Source of the DNA: Heteronotia binoei | Taxonomy: Eukaryota | Direction of reading: 5' to 3' | Length of the DNA stretch: 64,000 bases | NCBI RefSeq assembly: GCF_032191835.1 | Contig: NC_083226.1 | Span: 61,752,001 to 61,816,000, forward strand | In this document: positions 24,701 to 38,100 of the stretch, piece after piece | Position numbering within the stretch: position 1 is the first letter of the stretch | Layout: each line of letters begins with the position of its first letter | The notes under the pieces: generated by a model | The model's database searches: none | Seen by the model: only the letters and a program-made list of their open reading frames with translations | What the model was told of the DNA's origin: nothing | Made by a program: the position numbers and the translations under genes

Positions 24701-26463
24701 TAGGAGTGAAAATTAGATCTCATAAATTCCATGCTTCAGAATAAAATATCATCAAATAGGCAGCCCTCAAACCTATTCTGTGCATATCTGCTCCTGTACA
24801 ATTTTATTTAACAAAGCAGAGCAATATACTCATAACTGGAGCCATGCTGTCTTGCTCCTGCAAATGATTCACAGTTCTACCTAGATTTTCTAGGTATAAC
24901 CTGGCAACCAGCTGGAGAAGGGAGAGGGTATATGCAGAACGATGGACAGTGACAGTGTGATGTCACTTCTGGAAAAACCAAAAGTGACATCAGGTAATTC
25001 TATGAATCACTGAAAACTCTGTGGTTTTACTACAGTTTCTAGTAATCCTAGAGAGGACTGATGTTGCGTCTGGATTTTCCCCAAAAGTAAGTCACACTGT
25101 TGCCAACATTTTTTTTACTCTTGTCAGCTGCTGGAGTGCTAGTGGGAAAAGGTCACTGGGGGCTGCAGACTTCCCACCAGCAGCTGGGATTTGAAAACCC
25201 TAGTAGTACCAGGTTCAAAGATTAAGATTGGTCAAGCTTTCCCTTTAATATAGTGTAGATTCTTTAACATACAAAAATGTCAAAACCACTGATGCCACTA
25301 GAATAAAGAGATATACAATACAGAGCAGCCCAGTTTAAAATAAGTGGGTAATCTTGTAGTGGCAGCTTGATTTGTTCATGTTCCCCTGGTAATTTCCTCT
25401 TGCTGTTTTCTCAACACATCCTGGTTCTTGTTCATTACCTGTCCTCTTTCTCATTCGAATTTCTTCTACCTCTCATTTGTTCTCTATCATGCTTTTCTCT
25501 ATCATGCCTATTTTTATCAATGCATTTCCATTATTCTCTATCCATATAATTAAGAACGCCTTCCAATACAACCTTCTGTACACGGGTCTGAATATCCATA
25601 TTTTGTATTATGCATAAACCAGTCATAAAATACACCTTCAAAATAACTGCAAAGAGATCTCACAAATCAGAATATTTGTAAGAGAAAATCTGGTTGCTTG
25701 TAATTGCCAGAAGATGAGTACATCTTGTATTTGGGTACTGCATGCCAAACACAAAATGTCATGTAAGGAGCAACCCATATTTTCCTTTCTCTTTTTACGT
25801 TTATTTCCTCTCATTCTATTCAGAAGAAACCAGCACCTTTATTATCCACTACTTAACACCCTGAGTCCTTTGCATTTGTCATTTACAAGGACAATGAACT
25901 TGGACAAATGAGAACTTCTTGCAGGTTGGTTTTTGCTTCCTTGCCTTTTCTGTCCCTGGATGGGGGCTTCACTGTGGTGGCTGTGGCATCAGCAAGAGTC
26001 CTGCTGACTCCAAGAGGCTGGTGGGTGGCATTCAGGCAAATCCTGGCAGCAGTAGCCACATGGGCCACTTACAGCAATTTGCTGCTGCTTCTAACAGCAA
26101 ACAGCTATGAATGGTTTCTGCCTCCTTTACATCAGACCCAGTCTTCTGTATTGACTGCTGCTACAAAGCTAGCAGTGAGCCCTGAAATCACCCAAGAGCC
26201 AACACTCTGCATGCCTTCCTCAGTGTTAAAGAGCTGCTCAAAATTAAGAGGATACACATATGAAAAGAACACTTCTGTATTAGTCAATATTTTGTTTTGA
26301 GCAGCCCCCTTCCCGGAAAGGATTGGGCCCCTGTCAATTACAAAGGGAAATGGTGAAAAAGACATACATGTCCGTCATACCTATCTCCAAAATACCATAT
26401 GAGGAGCTGCCAATTTGTGCAAAAATGACATGGGAAAAATTAGCATGAAGAAAAGCAGATGTT

Positions 26464-26540
26464 TTGGCCACTGTATGACACAGTGTTGGACTGGATGGGC
26501 CATTGGCCTAATCCAACATGGCTTCTCTTATGTTCTTATG
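26464..26540 (+). mobile_element. CR1-type 3' tail
   Basis: gttggactggatgggccattggcctaatccaacatggcttctcttatgttcttatg; same sequence at 41890-41968 (+) and 36675-36740 (-). Confidence 0.75.
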
Positions 26541-26847
26541 AGAACCACTGGTAGTTCTTTTGTGAACATTAATATCTCACTCTGAAAAGTGCTGATGGTT
26601 CTAAATTGTCAAGTATTAATTTACATTGTTTTAAATACTTCAATAATTAAAAATACTTTAAATAATTAAAAATAAATTAGAGGGATCAAACTAAAATGGA
26701 TGCAGGTATCAAGTGTTCGATGTTTCTAGTTTGCTTTTCTATATTTGTGCAAGACTGTTGCACAACTCTTTACTGTTTTATGTGATCACTGTTGGAGCAT
26801 ATAATTTAAAAAGTTTAACTGTGATTAACTATATTACATATTGAACA

Positions 26848-27305
26848 AGGTTTGAGTCCAGTGGCACCTTAAAGTCCAACAAAATTTAATTCTAGGAAGA
26901 GGAAGAAGAAGAAGACTGCAGATTTATACCCCACCCTTCTCTCTGAATCAGAGACTCAGAGCAGCTTACAATCTCCTATATCTTCTCCCCCCACAACAGA
27001 CACTCTGTGAGGTGGGTGGGGCTGAGAGGGCTCTCACAGCAGCTGCCCTTTCAAGGACAACTCCTGTGCAAAGCCATTCCAGCAGCTGCAAGTGGAGGAG
27101 TGGGGAATCAAATCCGGTTCTCCCAGATAAGAGTCCACGCACTTAACCACTATACCAAACTGGCTACCAAGCTTTCGTGTGAATGTGCACTTCATCAGAT
27201 GCACATATACACAAAAGCTTATACCCAGAATTAAACTGCGTTGGTCTTAAAGGTGCCACTGGACACAAACTTTGTTCTAATGCTTCAGATCAACACAGCT
27301 ACCCA
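26848..27305. mobile_element. Penelope-like terminal-repeat remnant interrupted by a SINE
   Basis: gagtccagtggcaccttaaagtccaac (26853-26880) is inverted relative to gttggtcttaaaggtgccactggac (27240-27264); agctttcgtgtg...cttcatcagat motif; family assignment recalled. Confidence 0.55.
26895..27165 (-). mobile_element. tRNA-derived SINE with (ctt)n tail, older copy
   Basis: Minus strand agccagtttggtatagtggttaagtgcgtggactcttatctgggagaaccgg; related to 54091 and 62135 copies. Confidence 0.85.
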
Positions 27306-27847
27306 ACAGAATATATTACACATGGTTCCACAACACTTTTGACAAATGCAGCAAATACATAAAGATAGAGAAATGCACAGAACTTCTTATAATTTTGGTC
27401 TCAAGGTGGTTTCCCACTGAAAACCACCAAGCCAAGATGAATTCAGAGAGGGGTGGCAATTCAGCAATGTTCAGGGAATAATGGCACAAGGCAAAAAGGC
27501 TAAGAAGTGCCTCAACCACCTGTACTAGAATCCCCCACCCCAAAACCACAGCCCCAGCATCTGACCTTTGGTTTAAAAAAGGAGGAGGGGGTAAGAATGG
27601 TCATAGGATTAGCTGTCACATTCAATTCTACTGTACAATCCATTGCATTTACTGGTGGTACATGTTGATAAAACAGTTATAAAATTGTAAGTGTCAATGC
27701 CTTCAAAACAAGGCTCCTGCTTTTCCTAAAAGTGTTTTTTTAAACAACAACAACAACAACAACCTCAAATTAAATTGTTAAAAACCACCTCTGATAGTGA
27801 ACCCTGATTGCTATATACTTCATTACTATATACTTCATTATTATTCA

Positions 27848-28044
27848 CAGGGCTTTTTTGTAGAAAAAGCCCAGCAGGAACTCATTTGAATATTAGGCCA
27901 TACCACCTGACATCACCATTGTTTCACACAGGGCTTCTTTGTAGAAAAAGCCCAGCAAGAACTCATTTGCATATCAGGCCACACCCCCTGGTGCCAAGCC
28001 AGATGGAACTCTGTTCTTCTGTGTTCCTGCTCAAAAAAGCCCTG
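27848..28044. mobile_element. hAT MITE
   Basis: TIRs cagggctttttt / aaaaaagccctg; perfect 8-bp TSD attattca. Confidence 0.9.
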
Positions 28045-30127
28045 ATTATTCAGCTGTGCACTAAAACACAGAATGATTTAAGACTATCAGCTCTGTAAAA
28101 CAACTATTACACCCTCACTCTTATCTTTAAACTGTTAAACTAAAGCTGTTTGAGGAAAGATAGTGGGCTTAAAATCTATGTTTCACTGATGTAAAGTCTT
28201 ATAAACTGACACTGTCTGCACTGTTTATCAATACCTTTTACTCAACAGAAGCTCTGCTTCCACACAGTCATACTGCTTTTCAGCTAATCATTTTTTACTG
28301 ACTGCTGCTATCAATGTAGGAAAATTATAAGTGTCAGCTAGCTGAAACTGAATATGGAGAGCAATTCAGATTCACAGCAACTAGCATCTAGCTCAGCACA
28401 AGGATGGAGTGATGGTCAAAATTCTAGGCAGCTGGCTGACTGCTTCTCCTGGTATAAGCCTGTACACAACACACATGCAATCCAACTATCTCTCTTTACT
28501 ATTCTTTAATCACAGGTAATTTATCTAGTTCAGTCAGAAACCATACTTTCTCACTACTTCCTCCCTATAATATAGAACCATCTCCCTGATGAGCTATGTC
28601 AGATTCCACTCAATCTCCTAGAAAGCCTAGCTATTCTGGAGAATTTTATGCTGCTAGCCACTGGACTGAAAGATCCTTAAAAGCAGATGCTGCTAATTAT
28701 TGCACCTATTGAAGTAATAGGGCTGAAGTAGTAAGGAGGCTAATATATTTTTTAATTGTTGGAAGAGAGTTTTCTACTGTTATAGCACATCTTTTTTTTT
28801 AAAAAAAATGTACATTTTTAAATTCTGTTTTTGTACATTTTCAAATTAGCTGCTCTGAGACTACTGGAAAGGTGGGGGCACAATAGCTTCAATAAACTGT
28901 AACCATCCACATGCAACACATTTGTGGGATTTTTCTGATTTGTAAAGTACAACGCTTAAATTGTATGAAACATGCATGGATCATGACCTGAATCTTATTA
29001 TCAGGTTCTCTGTTACCCAGAAACATCTTCCAGAGGAATGGTGTACATTTTGGAATAGTCATCTTCCCAAAAAAAGGGTGGTGGTGGTACAAAAGTGAGG
29101 TCTGTTTCAGGGGGAAAAAATTCTACCAAGTGGTTTAGTTTTTGGCTTTAGATATTCAATAGAAGTACAACTAGGGAGAAAACCCAAACTGATTTGAGAG
29201 CACAAAATGTATTCTTCACAACCAGTGCTGGCCCCCAGAGAAAAGTAGATTAATTATATTCAGAAAGGCTTAAAAGGAACGATTCTTTAGCACCAGCCAT
29301 TTCATCAGTCCTTTCCCTAAGCGAGCAGGCCTCAAGGATTCCTTCTTATGTCACTGTTACTGTTACACTGTATTACATTTACAAATAGACAATGGTGCAA
29401 TATTACTAACTAGGAAGATCTGGACATGTTAAGAAGGACATTGACATAGCTGCCATATTTGTTTGTACTTGCTGTTCTTTGAATAAATGAGCAAAATTGA
29501 TCTGATGACAGAATATCTGACAGTTATTTGCTAGGAAATAAGTACCTATCACAGATCATGGTGAAGTAGTAGTTTTGAATCTAAGGTGCCGTTCAGTAAA
29601 GAAAACTCATAACTGTGATATGAGGGCCTGTTTTGTATATTCTATTTTATATTGTGAGACTGCAATATTCAAAACTACAGTTTGTGAAATTAGTCAAACC
29701 CAGGCTGCAAGTGAATACAACAAAAATGTAAAAAAACCCCAGGTTTCCTACCTGTAACTGATGATCTTCGAGTGGTCATCTGTGCATTCACACTCATGGG
29801 ATGAAGTGCCAGCACCGATCTCTGATCGGTAATTCCAAAGTCCGGGATTTTTTGCCGCCCGACCCCGGTGGGCATGCGCGACAGTCCCACTGCACATGCT
29901 CACCCGGTGGGCGGGAACATCCCGCCAGTTCCTTCCCACCGCCGCCTATCTAAAGTACCCATGACCAGCAGCAGAGGGGAAGGAGGGCGGGTAGTGTGAA
30001 TGCACAGATGACCACTTGAAGATCATCAGTTACAGGTAGGAAACCTGTTTATCTTCTTCGTGGTCTCTGTGCTTCACACTCATGGGAGATTAGCAAGCTA
30101 GGCTTACCTGGTGGAGGGAGCTGGCGG

Positions 30128-30949
30128 TTATGCAGAAGTAGCGGCTTGAAGGACCAGGGTACCCAGCTGTGCTCTGCAGCGCTTCCGGACATCCAAGGCA
30201 TAATGTTGCATGAAGACATGAGGAGATGCCCAGGTTGCAGCCAAACAGATGTCCGCCAAGGAAGCACCCTGCAGAAATGCTATAGATGTAGCCATAGCTC
30301 TAGAGGAATGCGCACGGAGTGGCCCTGGCAAGGGACGCTTCGCCAACAGGTAGCAGAGTTTAATAGCCTCCGTGATCCACTTAGAAAGTCTCTGTGCAGA
30401 GATCCTGAAACCCAACCTAGGGGCCGCATAGGAGACAAATAGATTGGGATCCTTTCTAAATGGCTTAGTGCAATGCACGAAAAACAACAATGCCCTCTTA
30501 ACATCTAGGGCATGCAAACATCTCTCTTCTGCAGAAGACGGAGAAGGATAAAATGTAAGCAAAAACACATTTAGATTAAGGTGGAAACTAGACACCACTT
30601 TACGGAGGAACGAGATGTCCGGAGTCAAAGGAACCCCATCCTCATGGAATGTTACGAATGGAGCATCACACCACAGAGCCACCAATTCACCTGCCCTCCT
30701 GGCCGTAGTGATGGCCACTAAAAAGGCAGTCTTCCAGGCAAGAAGATGCAGTGGACAGGTAGCCAAGGGTTCAAAGGGCTGCCTCAATAGCCGTTCTAGG
30801 ACCAACTGCAGACCCCAAGTGGGAGGAGGACTCTTTGACAGTGGGTGAAGCCGCAGAAGACCTTTCAGGAAGCGCTTTGTATGAGGATGTGTGAAAACTG
30901 ATACGCCATCCACGGAATCGTGATGTGCTGAGACTACAGGTAGATACAC
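30128..30949 (-). pseudogene. DIRS copy 3 tyrosine recombinase catalytic domain (273-aa open segment)
   Basis: WKTAFLVAITTARRAGEL...LRAHSSRAMATS...WASPHVFMQHYALDV, i.e. R...H-x-x-R...W...Y catalytic residues retained. Confidence 0.92.
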
Positions 30950-31144
30950 TCCAATCGAAGATTAAGCCCAGCATCCACAAGAGTCAGTATGAACTCAAAC
31001 ACAAGCTAAGACTAGTATGAGCACTGATGTCCTTGTCCCCCAGAAACTTAGACCACTTTCTCTCACAGGAGCAGCGAGTTGATAGCTTTCTACTGTTCAA
31101 CATTACATGCTTCACTCGGTCTGAGAATTCTGGAAGCTGACCCT

Positions 31145-33026
31145 TCAAACCGTCAGTTTGAGATGAGGGATGTTGTGGTGAAACAGGCGGCCTCCATGAG
31201 CCAATAGGAGGTCCTGATCCGAAGGAAACTTGTGGTGACACCCTCCCGCCATAGCCAGAAGGATAGGGAACCAGTTCTGTCTCAGCCACCACGGAGTAAT
31301 CAAGATGCACTCCGGACACTCTTGGGCCAATTTGTGAATCACTCTGGTGAGAAGAGGCATGGGCAGAAACAGGTAGAGGAACTTGTTTGCCCATGAGAGT
31401 AGAAGACCATCCCCCAGGGACCCTGGGTCCATTCCCCCTCTGGAACAGAATAGCTCGCATTTCCAATTGCTTGCCATGGCAAACACATCTATCCTGGGGT
31501 GACCCCAGTCCAGGAAGAGAGGTTCTAGATAAATCCAGTTCACCTCCCACTTGTGATGGGAAACCTCCTGCTCAAGGAGTCTGCTTGCACATTGAGCTCC
31601 CCTGGCAGGTGGGTGGCCATAACGAAGGTCTGGGTAGCTATCCAGGCTTCCCAAAGCTGCATCGCCAGTGCACATAGCTTCCTGGACACAGTTCCCCCTT
31701 GATGATTTATATAGCTTACAACTGTCATGTTGTCAGACATCACAGACATAGTCTGACCGCTGATCAGGGGAAAGAATGATCTTAGGGCTAAATGAACTGC
31801 CATGAGCTCCAAGACATTGATGTGATGATGTGCCAATGATGGGGGCCATGGGCCACCTATATGGAGATCATCTAAGTGCGTCCTCCCATCCCCACAGCGA
31901 GGCATCCGTTGTCACCTTGACTGAAGGGAGCGGAACATGAAACGGTGCCCCCTTGCAGAGATTGGACTTCACCTTCCACCAGTCCAGAGAGCGGAGCACC
32001 GCCGACGGGATTTGAAGAACCTTGTACGGGAGATCCCTCACAGGGTTATACATTCTGATAAATCAAAGCTGGAGGATTCGCATCTGCAATCTTGCAAAAC
32101 TCAAGACATTGGTAGTAGCCGCCATGAGGCCCAAGAGATCTGCAGAACGGAAGCACATCTCACCATTTGAAGGAGCTGAACCGGGGAGATGATATCCAGC
32201 GCCTGCGACTCTGGTAGGAACACCAGATGCCAAGCAGTGTCCAGAACCGCTCCTATAAACTGCTCCTATAAACTCCTATATTCTTCTTGCTGGAACCAGG
32301 TGAGACTTTTTCTCCTTCACCAGAAGCCCTAGTTAGCCCAGGAGGTTGAGAAGCACTTGCAGATGAGCCCGTAGAGACGCTTCGGACACCGCAACCACCA
32401 ACCAATCATCTATATAAGAAAAAAGGATGATAACCTGGAGCTACCACGACCACCATGATCTTTGTGAAAACCCTGGGGGCAGTGGAGAGTCCAAAGGGGA
32501 GCACCCGGTATTGGAAATTGTTCGTCCCAATTGCAAAACGAAGAAACCTCCTGTGACTGGGGAGGATGCTGATGTGGAAATAGGCATCCTTCAGGTCCAG
32601 GGTAGCCATCCAATCTCCTTTGTTGATGAGTGGAAGAATGCGCTGTAGAGTCAGCATTCTGAACTTTTGATAAGCGATGAATTCATTCAGTCCCCTCAGA
32701 TCCATAATTGGACTAAGTCCTCCGTCCCGCTTGGGGACTGTGAAGTATCTGGAATAAAAACCCTGACCCCTTTGATGGTTGGGGATGGGTTCTATTGCTT
32801 GCTTGCTGAGAAGACTTTGAACTTCCTCCATTAGAACAGCTGTTGGATGTGTGATTACCAATCTGGGATGAGAAGGGGGCTGAACAAATTTTATCACATA
32901 ACCCTCCTCTATGATGGTCAATACCCACTTGTCGGTGGTAATCCACCACCATGCTTGCAAGAATCTGAGGAGACGGGTGGGCCCAGAGGAGGGAGGGGCA
33001 TGGAGAAGGGGGAATGCCAAAGTCAA
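31145..33026 (-). pseudogene. DIRS copy 3 RT/RNase H/MT (frameshifted)
   Basis: FYSRYFTVPKRDGGL, TLDLKDAYFHI, LPFGLSTAPRVFTK; HINVLELMAV, SDNMTVVSYINHQGG; IDVFAMASN...YLFLP...CILITPWW. Confidence 0.92.
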
Positions 33027-33053
33027 AGTCCCTGCTTGGGATTTCTGGTATTC

Positions 33054-35172
33054 TTACTTTCCCAAGTGAGAGGAGAAGGAATAAAACTTGGCTTTGCCTC
33101 CTGCGGTGAAAGAGCTCTTGGCATCATGCTGTCCCGCACGCGGCTCCCAAGTTCTCTCAGGGGATTTGGTCTGATAGGACTTCTTAGCCCACTGCTTGGA
33201 CCATGGACGAGGCTTGCTGGAGTGTGAGGAAGAAGCAGGTATCCCCAGGTTACGCGATGTCTTAATGCTCTTGTCCATTTCTTGTAGGACTGAGTCAGTA
33301 GTGGAATTGAAGAGACCCTCTCCTTCAAAGGGAAGGTCCCCAACCCAGGATCTAGTGTCTATCTGGAGGGCGGTGGCACAAAGCCAAGAGTGATGATGCA
33401 GGGTGAAGGAAGAGTTAAGCGTTTTAGCTGCATTGTCCACCATGTGCTTAGAGGCCTGAAGCTGTTGTTTTGCTAGTAGCATCCCCTCCCTCTGAGCCTT
33501 CTTGGCCAGGATACGTTTATCCTCAGGGAGAGTGGCCAAAAGAGGTGAAAGCTGCTCCCAGCGGAAATACTGATATCTCGCCATACAGCAGAGTAGTTAG
33601 AAATCTTTATTCCGAGAATCGCCTGCCGAATGCATCAATTCTCTTCCCTTCCTTATCTGGAGGCGAGGAGTGGGTTTTCTTAGCCTTGGAAGAGGATACC
33701 ACCACAGAGTTGGGACGTGGGTGGTTAAAAAGAAATTCTGTGCCCTGTTCCTGGATTTTATACATGTGGTCCATACGTTTGGAGGAACTTGGGGTTGAAG
33801 CGGGCTTGGACCAAGGGTCTTTAATGGCCTGCAGGATCACCTTTGTGATAGGAAGGGCTACAGCTGTTGATGTGTCTTTCTGCATAATATCAAAAACCGT
33901 ATCGTCGATGACCGGTTGAGGCTGGACCACTGGCAGAGACAAAGAGCCATTCATTTAATCAATTCCCCATATGGTTTTAAGTCTTCAGAAGGAGAGATTG
34001 GGAGATCTTCAGCTATCCTGGATTCCAGTGAGGAACCTTCCTGCTGTTGACCTGAGTTGTCCTCCGCCTCATCATCTGAGGTCGACGGAGAGGATGGGCA
34101 CTGTCTTCAGATGGTAAGTCTGGTGTGTCTAACATAAGCCTAGAAGGGGGAGTCCGCTCACAGTCAGGAACGCTGGGAAGTATCTGTTTCCTGACTAAAT
34201 TCAGTGTCGAAGTTGGCATCAATGAGTCCCGTCGACCAGATGGAGAGTGCGCCGAGGCTCTGGAGCGATGGGAAGCTTCAGAACGCTGGTCCCAATCTGG
34301 GTTCTGAGAGGGGTACCAAGGGTATGGAGCATGAAAGGGACAGCCCCCAAATAGATATGCCCACGGGCGTGGGTCCCAGCTGGGCAAAGGATGCGGCAAC
34401 CAAAAGGGGTCTGGAGTCTCACCAAACCGATCTGGCTGAGGTATCAGCGGCAGTGTTGGTGTCGAGCGGTCCTTCGGCTGGGAAACTTCCAGGTCCAACG
34501 CCGAACATGGATCACTGCCTTCCTTCGAGCATGCCGACCACTGTGTAAGATCAATCTCCAGATCAGAGCCAGACAGAGAGGAGTGTTGAATATCCGTTGG
34601 ACCCGAGGGGTTTTTTGGTTGAATTGGTGAGGCAAGGATCTTTTCTTTTTTTTGGTAAATGGCAAGGATCTTTTCTGGAGGCTCTCCCGAAACAATTGCC
34701 GGGTCCCTTCAGTGGCAGAGAAGGGGTCTGCTGATCTTGCCGCCACTTCTCCTTTCTATGCTTCTCGGACTCAGCAGAGCGAGAGTTCCGATCCCCTTTG
34801 GTCTTCTTGGCCGGAGTTGAGGGTTCGGACTGGGATACCAAGCCCACACGCTTGTGGGGGCGGTCGGGTCCCTGGAGTGGCTGAGTCAGTTGGCTCGACA
34901 GCGAGACCGGAACCGATGCTGGAGTGGCCATAGAAGTGCTGGTCGACACCGATGTCGACATCTGCGGTGCGAGAGCTGATTTCAACAACGCCGCCAATAG
35001 TCTTGCCGCTCAGTTTTTTTCTGGTCTGCTTAGAAAACTTAGAGCAATTATGGCAGGATTCTACTTGGTGACCTTCCCCAAGACACAACAAACAGAGGGA
35101 ATGTCCATCGGGAGGAGGGATCTTGCTCCTGCACTTAAGACACTGCTTGAAAAACCCCAAACGCTTTTCCAT
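33054..35172 (-). pseudogene. DIRS copy 3 gag-like ORF1 (frameshifted)
   Basis: FKQCLKCRSKIPPPDGHSLCLLCLGEGHQVESCHNC; DLPFEGEGLF; homologous to copies 1 and 2. Confidence 0.85.
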
Positions 35173-35641
35173 AGACAGGGGATGGCAGGAGGAGGGGGGG
35201 GGAGAAAAACCCCAAAGGGTAGCAACAATAAACTAACAGTCTCTTCTTTTTCTTTTTTCTTTTTTTATATAACAAGAACAAGAACGAGGAGAAACCCGGA
35301 GAGGAAAAAAAGGCAAGTGAACTACTGACCGGAGCAACCACGAACGTGTCTATCCAACACGGTGGTAAAGAAAAAACTGGTGGGATGTTCATGCCCACCG
35401 GGTAAGCATGCACAGTGGGGCTGTCGCGCATGCCCACTGGGGTCAGGCGGTGAAAAATCCTGGACTTTGGTATTACCGATCAGGGTTTACCGATCAGGGA
35501 TCGGCACTGGTGCTTCATCCCATGAGTGTGAAGCACAGAGACCACGAAGAAGATCATTTCATTTCATGTCAGTTCATATCTTGCAAAACACGCCCAAAAT
35601 CACATTGTATGTTGAAGCCCCCATCCTTTAGCGCTATAAAT

Positions 35642-35777
35642 CAGGAGTGGCCAATGGAAGCTCTCCAGATGTTTTTTGCCTTTAACTCCCATCAGCCCCA
35701 GCCATCAGCCATGCTGGCTGGGGCTGATGGGAGTTGTAGGCAAAAAACATCTGGAGAGCTACCGTTGGCCACCCCTG
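35642..35777. mobile_element. hAT MITE (same family as 15635)
   Basis: Palindromic; perfect 8-bp TSD ctataaat (35634-35641, 35778-35785). Confidence 0.92.
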
Positions 35778-36674
35778 CTATAAATCAATCAAAACCAAGT
35801 TTGCTTTCACTAATATGCTTCTAATGAAGAGACTAAAAAGCTGCTCTGACTGAAACCTGGCAGCCATGATTCATGCTTTTGTAACCTCAGAACAATTATT
35901 ATAATTCCAGTTTACATTCTTCTTCAAAGATTATCTGAAAGGACCTCAGTCATCTTGATTGAGGAAGACATAAAAAGGGATCCTTGAGGCCTACACGCTC
36001 GGGGAAAGGACTGATGAAATGGCTGGTGCTAAGAGCAAATTGAGAACTCTCCCAATTACATGAGAACTGTGCACGTGTATGAACCATGACTCCAAGCTAA
36101 ATCATCATTAAAAAAGATGCCAAGAAATTTTTGATCAAAATACTAGTCAGCTTCTAAGTGTCAAATATCAGTGAATCTATCTGTCAAGACAGGACGGCCT
36201 TTACTTATGTGGGAAATCCCTGGGATTAGCACACACACAGACACTCTTCCTGAACTCAGATATCACAACAAGATCCAATTAAACTAAGATTAGACAGCTT
36301 GCAGCTGTGCTCACACAGACACCTCACTCATCTCACCCTTGTTCTTCCTCAGAGAACAGACTGGTATCTGCATTCATATGTCAGGAGGAACCACAGTTCA
36401 TTTCAAACCATAAATCCTTCATGCCACAAGAGAACATCATAGGAATGAGAAGCAACAAGTCATGTTCATATACATGTCAGATTAACTGAAGTTGAATTCA
36501 GCCAACATCTTAACTCTGTGTTTTGTCCTAATGACTGAGAAAGATGTATCCATGACCATACATGCACTTGGTCTCATGGAGGATCCTGAAAGGAGAGTCT
36601 ACCTGCTAAATACTGGGAACTTTGGTAACAAAACCAGTTGTGTAAACATAGCCCTAAGTAAGATCAGGAGCATG

Positions 36675-36900
36675 CATAAGAACATAAGAGAAGCCATGTT
36701 GGATCAGGCCAATGGCCCATCCAGTCCAACACTGTCACAGTGTGGTCAAAAAACCCCAAGTGCCATCAGAAGGTCCATCAGTGAGGCCAGGACACTAGCC
36801 CTCCCACTGTGCCCCTCCCAAGCACAAGAATACAGAGCATCACTTCCCCAGACAGAGAGTTCCAACAATACGCTGTGGCTAATAGCCAGTGATGGACCTC
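36675..36900 (-). mobile_element. CR1-type 3' fragment
   Basis: cataagaacataagagaagccatgttggatcaggccaatggcccatccagtccaacac on the + strand. Confidence 0.75.
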
Positions 36901-37109
36901 TGCAGAGTCAGTTAGCTAAACGTGTGTGTTAACTTTGCTGTGTTATCTTCCTAAGATTTTGTTAAAGTGTTCCACCTTTTAATTAAGTTGCCTTTGTAAG
37001 AATGCAAAGGTTCTGACAGATTATTCTGTAATAACCACCTTGTCCATATTGCCTTTCTATCAAGCCCTTTTGCCAGAGGCTCTAAATAAAACAAAGGACA
37101 GGTAGTAAC

Positions 37110-38100
37110 TAGGGATGGGCACAAACCAAACCATGAACTGAGGTTCAAGCACAAAGTGGGTCAGTTTGTGGCTCCTGAAAATTAATGTTATGTCACCACA
37201 GAGTACATAATGGAGATTAAGAGAGAGTTTGTTCCTTCCTTCCTTCCAATGCTTGGCTTCCCCTGGCACCCCGCAGCTGAGAGCTCCTGAGGAAGTAAAG
37301 AGAAGGCAGTTTAAACTGCCTTGCCTTCAAGCCTCGTCTTTCCCAGGCAATCCATGCCCAGAGGGACCCTGAGGAAGCTGAGTCCCATGGCCACAAGGCA
37401 CCTGGGAAAGCCAAGGAAAGGCAGTTTCAACTGCATTCCCTCCAAGCCTTGGGCATCCTGCAGCTGCGGGGCACCTGAGGAAGGCAAGGGAAGGCAGCTT
37501 GAACTGTGTTCCCACCTGGGATCAGCCATAGCGCTCCTGTGAAAGTCAATCCTGGTGTGTGGGGGGGAGGCAGTTCAAGCTGCCTTCCCTCAGAGCCCCA
37601 GCTGAGCATGTGGGGAGACTTCTCCCCAAAGAGTCAGTTTTTCTGTGGGCTCTGCTGGGCTGTCCAGCTTCAGCCAGGCAGCCCAGCAGATTCCCAGCTG
37701 AGCCCACGGGGAGACCTATCCCCGATCTTTCTTTGCTTCCCCAGTTGGCCTGCCAGGGCCAGCTGGCTGGGGAAGAGAAGAGAGAAGGTGAGAGGTCTCT
37801 CCATTGTACCTTATGGCCCCATAGGACCCTAGGACCCATAGGGTACAGTGGAGAGGTTGTGTTGCGGCTGCAGCACAATTCTAGAGAAGGGGTATACTTC
37901 TTTCTACAGTTACACTGTAGTAGCAGTACAATCTCTCCACTGAGCCTATGGGTCCACTTGCCAATGAAACTGACCATGTCTGACAGGAAGTGAGCTCTGA
38001 AGGCCTTTGGAGCTCACTGGGAATGGGACAAGCCAGATGAACCACAAACCAGTTTGTCCAATGAAGAAATTCGTAGAGGTCCATGAAAAACCCAAACCAC
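37110..38100. mobile_element. Probable non-autonomous DNA element with repeated palindromic ggcagtttaaactgcc-like motifs
   Basis: Starts tagggatgggcacaaacc; motif variants near 37305, 37420, 37493, 37570; ends in an aaccac/gaacc-rich segment. Confidence 0.5.

Larger units (their letters stand above)
29740..35554 (-). mobile_element. DIRS1-type retrotransposon, copy 3 (full length, degenerate)
   Basis: Terminal/ICR hairpin 29740-29795 with ~29994-30047; ICR half 30051-30087 matches terminus ~35518-35554; gag, RT, RNase H, MT and YR ORF fragments. Confidence 0.95.

Noticed and set aside
36492-36932. 146-aa ORF and other short intronic ORFs (39388-39861, 40537-41145) as genes
   Set aside because: They run through CR1/hAT repeats or AT-rich intron and have no domain signal.
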